Source: an uncultured Cryomorphaceae bacterium (GTDB lineage Bacteria > Bacteroidota > Bacteroidia > Flavobacteriales_D > SKUL01). Taken from it: 64,000 nucleotides of DNA. The notes under the pieces were generated by a model. That model searched no databases. It had not been told where the DNA came from and saw only the letters and a list, made by a program, of their open reading frames with translations. Shown here piece by piece: positions 37,120 through 47,088 of this stretch. How positions within the stretch are numbered: the stretch's first letter is position 1; each line of letters opens with the position of its first letter. The stretch is taken from NCBI GenBank assembly GCA_964487545.1, contig CAZARI010000010.1, forward strand, positions 284-64,283, read 5' to 3'. The translations under genes were made by a program, and so were the position numbers.

Positions 37120-39249
37120 TCACGGTTTTATTTTCAACATAAGAATTCCCAGCGACGGGAGGGTTAATTTAACTGAACAAGCGCGACCATGAAAGGAAAT
37201 ATCATCTGTGAATACCGCCTCCAACCCCACTCCACTACCGCCATATAACCTATTATCTGAATTCAATAGAGTTTCATACTCCCCGGTTTCCGGCATTCCG
37301 AGGCGATAATTTTCGCGCACCACGGGAGTGAAATTGGCGATGAAGATGATTTGCACATTCTTTCCTTTTCTTATCCATGCCAACACACAGTTTGACGAAT
37401 CGTTGAAATCAATCCATTCAAATCCGGCGGGGTCATAATTCAGCTCAAAAAGAGCGGGTTCATTTTGGTAGAGGCGATTCAAGTCTTTTACTAACTTCAT
37501 AATCCCCTGATTGGATGGGTTAAGGCTTTCATGCCAGTCCAGCGAAAAATCGTGTCGCCATTCGTGTCGCTGAGCAAACTCACCACCCATAAACAGCATT
37601 TTAGCTCCGGGGTGTCCGTACATATAGCCATACAACAGCCGAAGGTTGGCAAACTGCTGCCACTCGTCACCGGGCATTTTGTTAATCAGCGATCGTTTGC
37701 CATGCACCACTTCGTCGTGGCTCAGCGGCAACACATATTTTTCAGAGAAAGTATAGTATAAGCTAAAAGTAAGGTTGCTCTGATGGTGACTGCGATAGAT
37801 GGGATCTTTGCTGAAATATTGAAGTGCATCGTGCATCCAGCCCATCATCCATTTCAGATCAAATCCTAATCCGCCATCTGCTGAAGGGTGTGTAACCCCC
37901 GGAAATGCTGTAGATTCTTCGGCTACCGTAAAAGTGTCTGGATAAAACTGATGTACAGCGGTATTCAATTCTTGTAGCAGACTAATCGCCTCCAAATTTT
38001 CCCTTCCGCCGTATTTGTTGGGTACCCACTCCCCTTCATTGCGCGAGTAATCGCGGTAAATCATCGAGGCCACTCCATCTACGCGCAGTGCGTCAATGTG
38101 AAATAGATCGAGCCAAAATATCGCACTTGATATCAGAAAAGCCCGCACCTCATTTCTGCCATAGTTGAAAATATTGCTTTTCCAGTCGGGGTGAAAACCC
38201 TGTCGCGGATCGTCGTGTTCGTAAAGATGTGTGCCATCAAAGTAATCGAGGCCGTGGGCATCAGTGGGGAAATGTGATGGAACCCAGTCCAGAATCACCC
38301 CAATTTTTTTTTGATGGAAGGAATCGATCAGAAACATAAAATCCTCGGGGGTGCCGAAACGCGTGGTGGCTGCAAAGTATCCGGTGACCTGATAACCCCA
38401 CGACCCGTAAAAAGGGTGCTCCATAACAGGCAATAGCTCGACGTGTGTAAAACCCATTTCAACACAATATGCAGGTAATTTCGCAGCGATCTCCCGGTAA
38501 TTCAGAAACCGATCGCCTTCTTCGGGAACTCTTTGCCACGAACCCAGGTGCACTTCATAAACCGAAAGTGGCTTTTCCATCATAACAGTTTTTTTCCTTG
38601 CGCTGAGCCATTCCTCATCACCCCATTGATAAGATGTATTCCAGACAATTGATGCAGTTGCTGGTGGTTGTTCCCAACGACGTGCATACGGATCGCCCTT
38701 TTCTGCTTCATGCCCATTCTGCGATAGGATATAGTACTTGTAGCGTTCTCCATGTCCGATTTCAGGAATGAACGTTTCCCATATTCCGCTACCATCCCAG
38801 CGAGCACTCATCGGGTGAGCACTTTTGTTCCAGCCATTAAAATTTCCGATGACATGAATTTGACGGGCATTTGGCGCCCAAACAGCAAAGTAGGTTCCTT
38901 TTATACTATTGTGCTCTACCGGGTGAGAACCGAGTTTATGATACAATTGGTAGTGCTTTCCAGCTTTCAATAAATTAATATCGTAGGCTGAGAAATGCGT
39001 AAACCACTCGGAATTTGTAGATTTTACAATATCATCTGAAAGTTTATCGCCGTGCTTTTTAGTTGGTGACTTTCGCACGAGTCGACCTTTGGTTTGCATC
39101 GTCTTTAGGGGCGATGAACTTTGCTTTTTCGATGCAGCCGTCTTTTTCGGTGGTTTTGCTCCAGCAGGTTTTTTTGTTGGTTTCAGTTCTTTCTTTTGTG
39201 CTGATGTGGCACGAGATATGGATTTTTTGCTTTTGTTGGAATCGGTCAT
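37120..39249 (-). CDS. glgB: 1,4-alpha-glucan branching enzyme GlgB with Lys-rich N-terminal extension
   Basis: GH13 motifs ILDWVPSHF, ALRVDGVASMIY, AEESTAFPGV, LSHDEVVHGK. The track start TTG 39291 overlaps treS-pep2 by 29 nt. ATG 39249 (MTDSNKSKK..) leaves a 13-nt gap and is preferred. Confidence 0.9.
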   Translation of the reverse strand: MTDSNKSKKSISRATSAQKKELKPTKKPAGAKPPKKTAASKKQSSSPLKTMQTKGRLVRKSPTKKHGDKLSDDIVKSTNSEWFTHFSAYDINLLKAGKHYQLYHKLGSHPVEHNSIKGTYFAVWAPNARQIHVIGNFNGWNKSAHPMSARWDGSGIWETFIPEIGHGERYKYYILSQNGHEAEKGDPYARRWEQPPATASIVWNTSYQWGDEEWLSARKKTVMMEKPLSVYEVHLGSWQRVPEEGDRFLNYREIAAKLPAYCVEMGFTHVELLPVMEHPFYGSWGYQVTGYFAATTRFGTPEDFMFLIDSFHQKKIGVILDWVPSHFPTDAHGLDYFDGTHLYEHDDPRQGFHPDWKSNIFNYGRNEVRAFLISSAIFWLDLFHIDALRVDGVASMIYRDYSRNEGEWVPNKYGGRENLEAISLLQELNTAVHQFYPDTFTVAEESTAFPGVTHPSADGGLGFDLKWMMGWMHDALQYFSKDPIYRSHHQSNLTFSLYYTFSEKYVLPLSHDEVVHGKRSLINKMPGDEWQQFANLRLLYGYMYGHPGAKMLFMGGEFAQRHEWRHDFSLDWHESLNPSNQGIMKLVKDLNRLYQNEPALFELNYDPAGFEWIDFNDSSNCVLAWIRKGKNVQIIFIANFTPVVRENYRLGMPETGEYETLLNSDNRLYGGSGVGLEAVFTDDISFHGRACSVKLTLPSLGILMLKIKP

Positions 39250-39262
39250 GTCGTATGCTTTT

Positions 39263-42200
39263 TCATCCGTTCTGCTTGCGGTGTTTTTCAATAATTGATT
39301 TGATTCCCCTGATCGGAATAATAGCCCATTCAGGACGATTGTTTAGCTCGTAGTTCAATTCGTATATTGATTTTTCGAGCAGATAGGTTTCTATTAAAAT
39401 GCTCAGGTCTTCGCGGTCGGAGGGAATTAACCCCAAACCTTTTACCGTATCGGAATAGGATTTCAGAAAAAATCCCGACATGTGTTGATACCAGTAATCT
39501 GCCCAAGGGGTTAATTTTGCAACGTCGTCGGGACTGTATTGGCCATTGTTCAGCAAAATGGTGTGTGCAGCGTAATGAAACGAGCGAATCATTCCGGCTA
39601 CATCGCGTAGTGGAGATCGTTTTAGCCGCCGTTCGCTGAAACTGCGGGCGGGTTCACCTTCAAAATCCAGGATAACGAAATCATTTCCGGTGTATAATGC
39701 CTGTCCGAGATGATAATCGCCGTGATTGCGAATTTTAAGTGCGTCGATTCTCGATTTATATATCCGTCTTAAAATTTCCAGTACCTCGCCTCTCATCTCA
39801 ATTACCGCTTTCGCATCGACTTGCCATTCGGGATTGAGTAGATCAAATTTTCTGTTCAGCAATTGATAGGTGTGCCGAACCAAGGATTGTAGACTCGAAA
39901 ACAATGAACGTTGATAGTGAAGTGAAAACTCTTCGGGCTTGAAATCCGGTAAGGTGTGATTTGAAGCCAGCGCAATGTGCATTTCGCCGGTTCTTTTTCC
40001 TAGGAGTTTAACCTTTTCGGCAACAGAAAGATCCAATATTTCACGTGTGTTTTCCGACATTTGGTCGTATTCCGTCGATTCAAAAAGTAGATCGTTTTGA
40101 ACCGGAGACGGCAACTCGTCGGTGCTCACGGTAAGAATACGTTCATTGTAACTGCCCAGTTTGTCGATCATCATATTCCAGGCATCCCCCTGATTGGGAA
40201 CCAGTTCCTGCATCATACCGAGGATAATGGTCTCATCATTCAGATGCCACGAGATAGAACCAGCGTATTTTGGAATATGTTTGAATCCGGCGGTATCGCT
40301 CAAAAACCGGTTGATTTCGAGGTCGGGATTAATGGCGTGATCGAGTTTGCGGTATAGCTTCAGAAAAAAGTCATTGTCATAAACAATCGAAGTGTTGCTC
40401 TGTTCGGCCGCGAGTACCTTCGATTTAATTTCACCCTCCTGTCGCAAATATTGTTTTAGCTTTTTGCTGCCGTGCATCGTCATCTTGCTTCCGCGAAGAA
40501 TCACCGAATTGTTGGAAGCGATATTTCTGAATAGAAATTGCTGCAATTCTCGTCCGTAAAGCGCATCATATAAAACCCCTTCTTCATTATTAATCATTAC
40601 CCTGCACAAAACAGATTGCGGCCAACTTTCGGAAGGATGTTCCTCCGAAGCATCAGTAGCATAAGCCAGCGGCAACTGATACAAATCGGGCATGCCACTT
40701 TCATAATTAACACGAATCAACGTGAAGTAACAGATATACTCTGCGCTGATTTTAATTTCCACTATTTCGGCCAGCTCAATGCTGTAAATGGATTTTGCTT
40801 TGCCGCCAAACCACCGGGTTCTCGCCAGGTATTCGGGCAGAATACGGCTTTCGAGCTGATCCATTACTTTTGAAGAAGTGATGTCACTCCAAAAATTAAA
40901 ATGCAATACCGGAAGTGATTCTTCCACACCCGACTCGGCATGCACGGGTTCTACGAGAAACCAATTGTAAGCATAAGGTGCCAAGGTCAGCAGATACGGT
41001 TGTTCGCTTTGAATTTCGGGGAAGTGGTTTTTGCTGAAAATTTCCATCAGCGCATGACCACTGTAATCGTCGAGATCGAGATGCGCGGCTTGGGCAAATC
41101 GCGACAGATTGACCACCACCAATATGGTTTCCTGCTGCCAGGTACGTGTAAAAGCCAGCACTTTGGCGTTTTCAACCTGCACAAACTTCAAATCTCCCCT
41201 ACCAAAAGCCTTATACCGCTTGCGCATGTGAATCATTCTTTTGGTCCACCAAAAAAGCGATGACGTGTTCAGCCTTTGGGTTTCAACATTTACCGCTTCA
41301 TAAGAGTATTCGGGATCGAGGATTACCGGTAAATAGAGTTTTTGGGGATTGGCGGTCGAAAAGCCTGCGTTTCGATCGGGTGACCACTGCATCGGAGTGC
41401 GCACGCCGTCGCGGTCGCCAAGGTAAAAGTTATCACCCATACCAATTTCATCGCCATAGTAGATGACTGGTGTTCCGGGAAGTGAAAACAACAGATAATT
41501 GAGCAACTCAATTCTTCTTCTATCATTACCCATCAACGGAGCCAGCCGATGTCGGATACCGACGTTTATTCTGGCTTTCGGGTCTTTAGCATACACCTTG
41601 TACATGTAATCGCGCTCCTCGTCGGTCACCATTTCCAGGGTGAGTTCATCGTGGTTTCGCAGAAAAATGGCCCACTGGCAGGTTTCTGGGATTTCGGGCG
41701 TTTGATCAAAAATGTCCGTAATCGGATATTTATCTTCCATTCGCAGGGCCATAAACATCCGTGGCATCACCGGAAAGTGGTAATTCATCTGGCATTCGTC
41801 GCCATCACCGAAATATGCCGCAGCCTCTTCGGGCCACATATTGGCCTCGGCCAGCAGCAATGTGCCTGGGTATTTCTTGTCGACATGTGCCCTGAGTTTT
41901 TTTAAGAATTGGTGTGTTTCAGGCAGGTTTTCGCAATTGGTTCCCTCGCGTTCAAATAGATATGGCACCGCATCGAGACGAAACCCGTCAACGCCCATTT
42001 TACACCAATAATCAAGAATTTTAATGACCTCTCGCTGCACTTTGGGATTGTCGTAATTTAAATCGGGCTGATGGTGAAAAAACCGGTGCCAGTAATATTG
42101 CTTGGCAACCGGATCCCAGCTCCAGTTGGAAGTTTCGTAATCCTGAAATATGATTCGCGCTTCGCGGTATTTATTCGGATCGTCGCTCCACACGTAGTAA

Positions 42201-42601
42201 TCGCGCTCGCGTGAACCCTTTGGCGCCATTCTCGCCTGCTGAAACCACGGATGCTGGTCGGAAGTATGGTTGATGACCAACTCGGTAACAACCTTCAGGT
42301 TCCTTTTATGTGCCTCTTTGAGGAGCCTTTTAAACTGCCCGATGGTTCCGTATGATGGGTTAATGTCGTAATAATCAGAAATATCGTAGCCGTCATCGCG
42401 CAGCGGTGAAGGATAAAACGGCAATACCCAAATAGCTGTGACACCCAGATCCTGTAGGTAATCTAGTTTTTCGATTAGGCCATTGAAATCGCCTATTCCA
42501 TCACCGTTGCTGTCTTTAAAAGCCTTGATATGCAACTCGTAGATTATGGCGTCTTTGTACCAATGCAAATTGTCGTCGATCCAGTCGGTTTTTTCGTTCA
42601 T
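39263..42601 (-). CDS. treS: Trehalose synthase / maltokinase fusion (TreS-Pep2)
   Basis: 1112 aa. The N-terminal ~560 aa are TreS-like (WYKDAIIYELHIKAF, GFRLDAVPYLFEREGT, NHDELTLE). The C-terminal ~500 aa are maltokinase-like (kinase-type HGDYHLGQ, ILDFEGEP). ATGA overlap with the glgE stop. Confidence 0.9.
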   Translation of the reverse strand: MNEKTDWIDDNLHWYKDAIIYELHIKAFKDSNGDGIGDFNGLIEKLDYLQDLGVTAIWVLPFYPSPLRDDGYDISDYYDINPSYGTIGQFKRLLKEAHKRNLKVVTELVINHTSDQHPWFQQARMAPKGSRERDYYVWSDDPNKYREARIIFQDYETSNWSWDPVAKQYYWHRFFHHQPDLNYDNPKVQREVIKILDYWCKMGVDGFRLDAVPYLFEREGTNCENLPETHQFLKKLRAHVDKKYPGTLLLAEANMWPEEAAAYFGDGDECQMNYHFPVMPRMFMALRMEDKYPITDIFDQTPEIPETCQWAIFLRNHDELTLEMVTDEERDYMYKVYAKDPKARINVGIRHRLAPLMGNDRRRIELLNYLLFSLPGTPVIYYGDEIGMGDNFYLGDRDGVRTPMQWSPDRNAGFSTANPQKLYLPVILDPEYSYEAVNVETQRLNTSSLFWWTKRMIHMRKRYKAFGRGDLKFVQVENAKVLAFTRTWQQETILVVVNLSRFAQAAHLDLDDYSGHALMEIFSKNHFPEIQSEQPYLLTLAPYAYNWFLVEPVHAESGVEESLPVLHFNFWSDITSSKVMDQLESRILPEYLARTRWFGGKAKSIYSIELAEIVEIKISAEYICYFTLIRVNYESGMPDLYQLPLAYATDASEEHPSESWPQSVLCRVMINNEEGVLYDALYGRELQQFLFRNIASNNSVILRGSKMTMHGSKKLKQYLRQEGEIKSKVLAAEQSNTSIVYDNDFFLKLYRKLDHAINPDLEINRFLSDTAGFKHIPKYAGSISWHLNDETIILGMMQELVPNQGDAWNMMIDKLGSYNERILTVSTDELPSPVQNDLLFESTEYDQMSENTREILDLSVAEKVKLLGKRTGEMHIALASNHTLPDFKPEEFSLHYQRSLFSSLQSLVRHTYQLLNRKFDLLNPEWQVDAKAVIEMRGEVLEILRRIYKSRIDALKIRNHGDYHLGQALYTGNDFVILDFEGEPARSFSERRLKRSPLRDVAGMIRSFHYAAHTILLNNGQYSPDDVAKLTPWADYWYQHMSGFFLKSYSDTVKGLGLIPSDREDLSILIETYLLEKSIYELNYELNNRPEWAIIPIRGIKSIIEKHRKQNG

Positions 42602-44607
42602 GTTGTTGTTTGCACTATTTCAAAAATGTGGGCGGGCATTTCGTTGGGCTTTAGAATTACAAAATTGGAGTCGTCTTGCCATTGATAACTCTCATTGGCC
42701 AGCAAATCGCTCATCTCGTAGGGTTTATTCCACTCCAGTCCCAGCTCATTAACAGGCATTTTAATGAAAGCCGATTGTGGATTATGCGGGTCGAGATTAA
42801 TGACCACTAATAAGGTGTTATTTGTTACCGGATCCTGCTTGGCATAAGCCAGAATCTGATCGTTGCTTGTGTTTGCAAAAAGGATATTGAATGTGGATTG
42901 CAGTGCTGGATGTGCTTTCCGGATTCTATTGAGTCGGGTGATGACCTCGCTGATTTTTGTTTTTCGTTGCCAATCCCAATGTTTTATTTCATATTTCTCA
43001 TTGTCGGCATACTCTTCTTTTTCAGCATGTGAATTGCAAATACCCATCTCGTATACAGGGCCATAAATACCGTAACTTGAAGATAAAGTTGCAGCGAGAA
43101 TCACGCGAATTAAATGGGCATTCTCTCCTCCACGACTTAAGTGGGGAGGCAAAATATCGGGGGTATTGGGCCAGAAATTGGGTTTGAAATAGTACCGCAA
43201 TGGTGGTGCAGTTAGTTCGCTCAGGTATTGTTGTATTTCATGTGATGTTTCTCGCCAGGTGAAATAAGTGTATGATTGTGTGAAACCAATTTTTGCCAGG
43301 TGCTCCATGGTTCTCGGTCGTGTAAAAGCTTCGGCCAGAAAGATCACATCGGGTGATTTTCTTTTGATTTCGGTAATCATCCATTCCCAAAAGCGAAAGG
43401 ATTTGGTGTGCGGATTATCCACACGAAAAATCCAAATACCTTGATCTATCCAATATTCCACTACACTTTTCAGTTCCTTCCACAGGTTTTTCCAATCTTC
43501 GGTTTCAAAGTCGATGGGCAGAATGTCTTCATATTTTTTTGGGGGATTTTCGGCGTACTGAACCGTCCCGTCTGGTCGCCATTTAAACCATTGCGGATGA
43601 TTGCTGACGTAGGGATGATCGGGTGCACACTGAAAAGCCAGATCGAGCGCAATATCAATTTGGTGAGTATGTGCCTCTCCGATCAACTGCCGGAACTCAG
43701 CCAGTGTACCCAACTCCGGGTGAATTGATTTATGACCTCCGTGCACGTTTCCTATGGCCCACGGTGAACCCGGATCGTTTTCACCAGCAACCAGCGCGTT
43801 GTTTTTTCCTTTTCGTTTCTGCTCGCCAATCGGATGAATGGGCGGAAAATAGAGCGTATCGAAACCCATTTCTGAAATGCGAGGCAGCAGTTTTTCAACA
43901 TCCTTGAAAGTGCCGTGACGATTGGGTTCTGACGAAGCTGATCTCGGAAAAATCTCATACCACGTACTGAATAAAGCTTTGCGCTGCTCTACAACAATGG
44001 TGAACTGTTGGCCTGTTTTTACAGAGAATGGCCGTGGATCTACTTTGCCTATTTCATCGTTCAAGCTTTGGTTTGTTGCTGCATGGAAACGATCTTCAAC
44101 AGATTCATTACGGAGAAGTAAGGCTGATGTATCACGCAATCGCTTTATTGGTTTTGACGTTGCCGTGGCTGAGATGTCGGTCAATAATTGCGCTCCGATG
44201 TGCAGGTCGGTTTCGATGTCCATATTCGCGTCAAACTTCTTTTGCAATCCACGTTGCCAGGTCGAAAAGTGATCAACCCAAGCTTCGATTTCAAACAAAT
44301 ACGACCCTGTTTGTTCTGGAATAAATTGCGCCTCCCAGTGGTCGTTTACGGTAAGATGCATTTGTATTTCCCGCCACTTTCGCTCTTTATGGTGTTTGAT
44401 TCTGACAACGGCTGCCAGCTCATCGTGGCCATCGGCGAAAATGGCTGCCGATATCACCACTGGGTGGTGCAAAACGGTGCGAGCTGGATACCGACCGCCA
44501 TCCACTTGTGGGTTTATATTTGAAATAACCACACGCACACGACCTTCACCGCGAATGGGGGATGTTGTGTTTTTGTGTTTACCTGAACTTCGGGTTTTAC
44601 TTTGCAT
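42598..44607 (-). CDS. glgE: Alpha-1,4-glucan:maltose-1-phosphate maltosyltransferase GlgE
   Basis: 669 aa. N-terminal I.N..P.VDGGRYPAR, LYFPPIHPIG, GSPWAIG, IFRVDNPHTK and FLAEAFTRP are hallmark GlgE segments as I recall them. Confidence 0.88.
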   Translation of the reverse strand: MQSKTRSSGKHKNTTSPIRGEGRVRVVISNINPQVDGGRYPARTVLHHPVVISAAIFADGHDELAAVVRIKHHKERKWREIQMHLTVNDHWEAQFIPEQTGSYLFEIEAWVDHFSTWQRGLQKKFDANMDIETDLHIGAQLLTDISATATSKPIKRLRDTSALLLRNESVEDRFHAATNQSLNDEIGKVDPRPFSVKTGQQFTIVVEQRKALFSTWYEIFPRSASSEPNRHGTFKDVEKLLPRISEMGFDTLYFPPIHPIGEQKRKGKNNALVAGENDPGSPWAIGNVHGGHKSIHPELGTLAEFRQLIGEAHTHQIDIALDLAFQCAPDHPYVSNHPQWFKWRPDGTVQYAENPPKKYEDILPIDFETEDWKNLWKELKSVVEYWIDQGIWIFRVDNPHTKSFRFWEWMITEIKRKSPDVIFLAEAFTRPRTMEHLAKIGFTQSYTYFTWRETSHEIQQYLSELTAPPLRYYFKPNFWPNTPDILPPHLSRGGENAHLIRVILAATLSSSYGIYGPVYEMGICNSHAEKEEYADNEKYEIKHWDWQRKTKISEVITRLNRIRKAHPALQSTFNILFANTSNDQILAYAKQDPVTNNTLLVVINLDPHNPQSAFIKMPVNELGLEWNKPYEMSDLLANESYQWQDDSNFVILKPNEMPAHIFEIVQTTT

Positions 44608-44957
44608 ACATACTAAATGGCACGATCAGTTTGACTTGGCAAAAAGACAAACACCATACCGCACACCGCCCGCTTTGCATACCAAAGTGAATCAGGTGCT
44701 GAAGATTTGTACCGCGGTGGAGGGTGTGGAAACCGATGCCCAAAACGTGGTGCGAATGTTACTAACTAAGGGGCAATGTCAGCAGCCTCTCTACAAAAAA
44801 GGAATTCAATTTTACGCTTCAAACTTCATGTTTAGAATAGGCCAGTACGTGTATTTATGGGTCGGAGATAATCGTTACTGACCGTGGTACAGGTTTTGGC
44901 GAATCGCCAGTCTCATCAATAAAAAAACATTTTTGAAAACCAGAAACGCTGCTCCTT

Positions 44958-47084
44958 ATGTCACATAAAGTTTATCCCGGTAAACCCTACCCGCTGGGCG
45001 CTACCTGGGATGGAGCGGGAGTTAATTTTGCTCTGCACTCAGATCATGCAGAAGGTGTAGAGCTCTGTTTATTCGAAGAAATTTACGGGGAAGAGGCGGT
45101 TTACATCAAGTTTACGGAAAGAACACATCTCATCTGGCACGCCTATATTCCGGGATTAAAGCCCGGGCAGCTCTATGGTTATCGGGTTTTTGGCCCTTAT
45201 GATCCGCATCAGGGACATCGGTTTAATCCTTATAAATTATTGATTGATCCTTATGCAAAATCAGTTGCAGGAACCATTCATTGGCATGAGTCGCTTTTTG
45301 CCTATGACATGCAAGCCAAAGAGCCAGACAAGGACCTCACCTTCAGCAAAACCGACAGCGCAAAATTTCTTCCCAAATGTGTAGTGATTGACCCCAATTT
45401 CGACTGGGAAGACGACCGAAAGCCGAACACTCCTTATCATCAAACCGTTATTTATGAAGCCCACGTAAAAGGGTTAACCAAACTACATCCTGAAATCCCT
45501 AAAGATCTTCGTGGAACATACGCTGCAGTTGCGCATCCCGCAATGATTGATCATTATAAATCACTTGGAATCACCGCTATAGAATTAATGCCCATTCACC
45601 ATTTTATTTCCGATCAGGTGCTGCATGAGCGCAATCTCAGCAACTACTGGGGCTACAATACGCTAGGGTTTCTTGCTCCGGATATCCGCTATTCGAGTAC
45701 CCGCGAACGAGGCCAACAAGTGGTGGAATTCAAAAACATGGTAAAATCCCTGCACCGTGCTGGAATTGAAGTGATTCTTGATGTTGTATACAACCATACC
45801 GCAGAGGGCAATCATCTTGGTCCGACTTTAAACTTTAAAGGAATCGACAACGCTGGCTACTACCGACTAATGGATGACAAACGGTATTATATGGATTATA
45901 CCGGCACCGGAAACACACTCAATGCCAACCTTCCGCATGTGCTAAGACTGATCATGGACAGCCTCCGCTACTGGACCCTGGAAATGCACGTCGATGGATT
46001 TCGGTTTGACCTCGCCTCTACACTAGCCCGCGAATTGCACGAAGTGGATAAACTAAGTGCCTTTTTCGATATCATTCATCAGGACCCAGTGATTTCGCAG
46101 GTGAAGCTAATTGCAGAACCATGGGACGTTGGTGAAGGCGGATATCAGGTGGGCAACTTCCCCCCCGAATGGGTTGAATGGAATGGTAAATACCGAGATT
46201 GCATGCGCGATTTCTGGCGAGGTGCAGACAGTATGCTTGCCGAATTTGCCGAACGTTTTACTGGAAGTTCTGATTTGTATCAGAACGACCGAAAACCTAC
46301 GGCTAGCATTAACTTCATCACTGCCCACGATGGGTTCACATTGCACGATCTCGTTTCATACAACGACAAACACAATGAAGCCAACGGCGAAGACAACAAA
46401 GATGGCGAGGATTACAACCGATCGTGGAACTGCGGTGTGGAAGGGCCAACCGACAATCCCGAAATAATAGAACTTAGAAAAAGGCAAAAAAGAAACTTTC
46501 TTGTTACGCTTTTTTTGTCGCAGGGCGTGCCCATGTTACTCGCAGGTGACGAATTTGGGAGGACGCAGAATGGGAACAACAACGCCTATTGTCAGGACAA
46601 TGAAATTTCGTGGCTCGATTGGGATAATGCCGATCAGGAACTGTTAGATTATACTCGACGACTCATTCATTTTGCCCGGTCTCATCCGGTATTTTGTCGC
46701 CGCAAGTGGTTCAAAGGCCAACCTATCAAGGGCCGCGGAGTGGAAGACATCGCGTGGTTTGGTCCTGATGGCGAAGAAATGTCAGATGAACAATGGAATG
46801 TAGATTACGCCAAGTCGCTCGGTATTTTTTTTAACGGCAAAGGCATTCATTCGCCTAATGAACGCGGAGAAACGATTCGCGACAACAGCTTTTATGTGAT
46901 TTTTAATGCAAGCCACGAGCAAACCCACTTTCAATTACCTCCAATTAAGTACGGTGAGAAATGGCAAAAAATCTTGAACACCGCCGAGGCTGCTTTCTGC
47001 GATGTGGAGGAGGTTTTTGAACCCAAACAAACAATCCTTGCCGAAGGGCGTTGTGTAATTCTAATGATGCAGCCAACAGTATAG
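44958..47084 (+). CDS. glgX: Glycogen debranching enzyme GlgX/TreX
   Basis: 708 aa. PGKPYPLGATWDGAGVNFAL, YWGYN, ILDVVYNHTAEGN, DGFRFDLAS, AEPWD, FITAHDGFTL. Confidence 0.9.
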   Translation: MSHKVYPGKPYPLGATWDGAGVNFALHSDHAEGVELCLFEEIYGEEAVYIKFTERTHLIWHAYIPGLKPGQLYGYRVFGPYDPHQGHRFNPYKLLIDPYAKSVAGTIHWHESLFAYDMQAKEPDKDLTFSKTDSAKFLPKCVVIDPNFDWEDDRKPNTPYHQTVIYEAHVKGLTKLHPEIPKDLRGTYAAVAHPAMIDHYKSLGITAIELMPIHHFISDQVLHERNLSNYWGYNTLGFLAPDIRYSSTRERGQQVVEFKNMVKSLHRAGIEVILDVVYNHTAEGNHLGPTLNFKGIDNAGYYRLMDDKRYYMDYTGTGNTLNANLPHVLRLIMDSLRYWTLEMHVDGFRFDLASTLARELHEVDKLSAFFDIIHQDPVISQVKLIAEPWDVGEGGYQVGNFPPEWVEWNGKYRDCMRDFWRGADSMLAEFAERFTGSSDLYQNDRKPTASINFITAHDGFTLHDLVSYNDKHNEANGEDNKDGEDYNRSWNCGVEGPTDNPEIIELRKRQKRNFLVTLFLSQGVPMLLAGDEFGRTQNGNNNAYCQDNEISWLDWDNADQELLDYTRRLIHFARSHPVFCRRKWFKGQPIKGRGVEDIAWFGPDGEEMSDEQWNVDYAKSLGIFFNGKGIHSPNERGETIRDNSFYVIFNASHEQTHFQLPPIKYGEKWQKILNTAEAAFCDVEEVFEPKQTILAEGRCVILMMQPTV

Positions 47085-47088
47085 TATC

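Noticed and set aside
39250-39291. TTG start for glgB that overlaps the end of treS-pep2 by 29 nt.
   Set aside because: An ATG 42 nt downstream (39249) leaves a 13-nt intergenic gap and keeps the whole basic tail. The TTG start cannot be excluded but is less parsimonious.
44396-44881. 161-aa plus-strand ORF spanning the 5' end of glgE and most of the glgE/glgX spacer.
   Set aside because: Its first 70 codons are antisense to well-supported glgE coding sequence. The remainder has no recognisable motif and no nearby -7 box. The only internal Met would give a ~40-aa peptide. I treat it as a chance ORF but flag the spacer separately.
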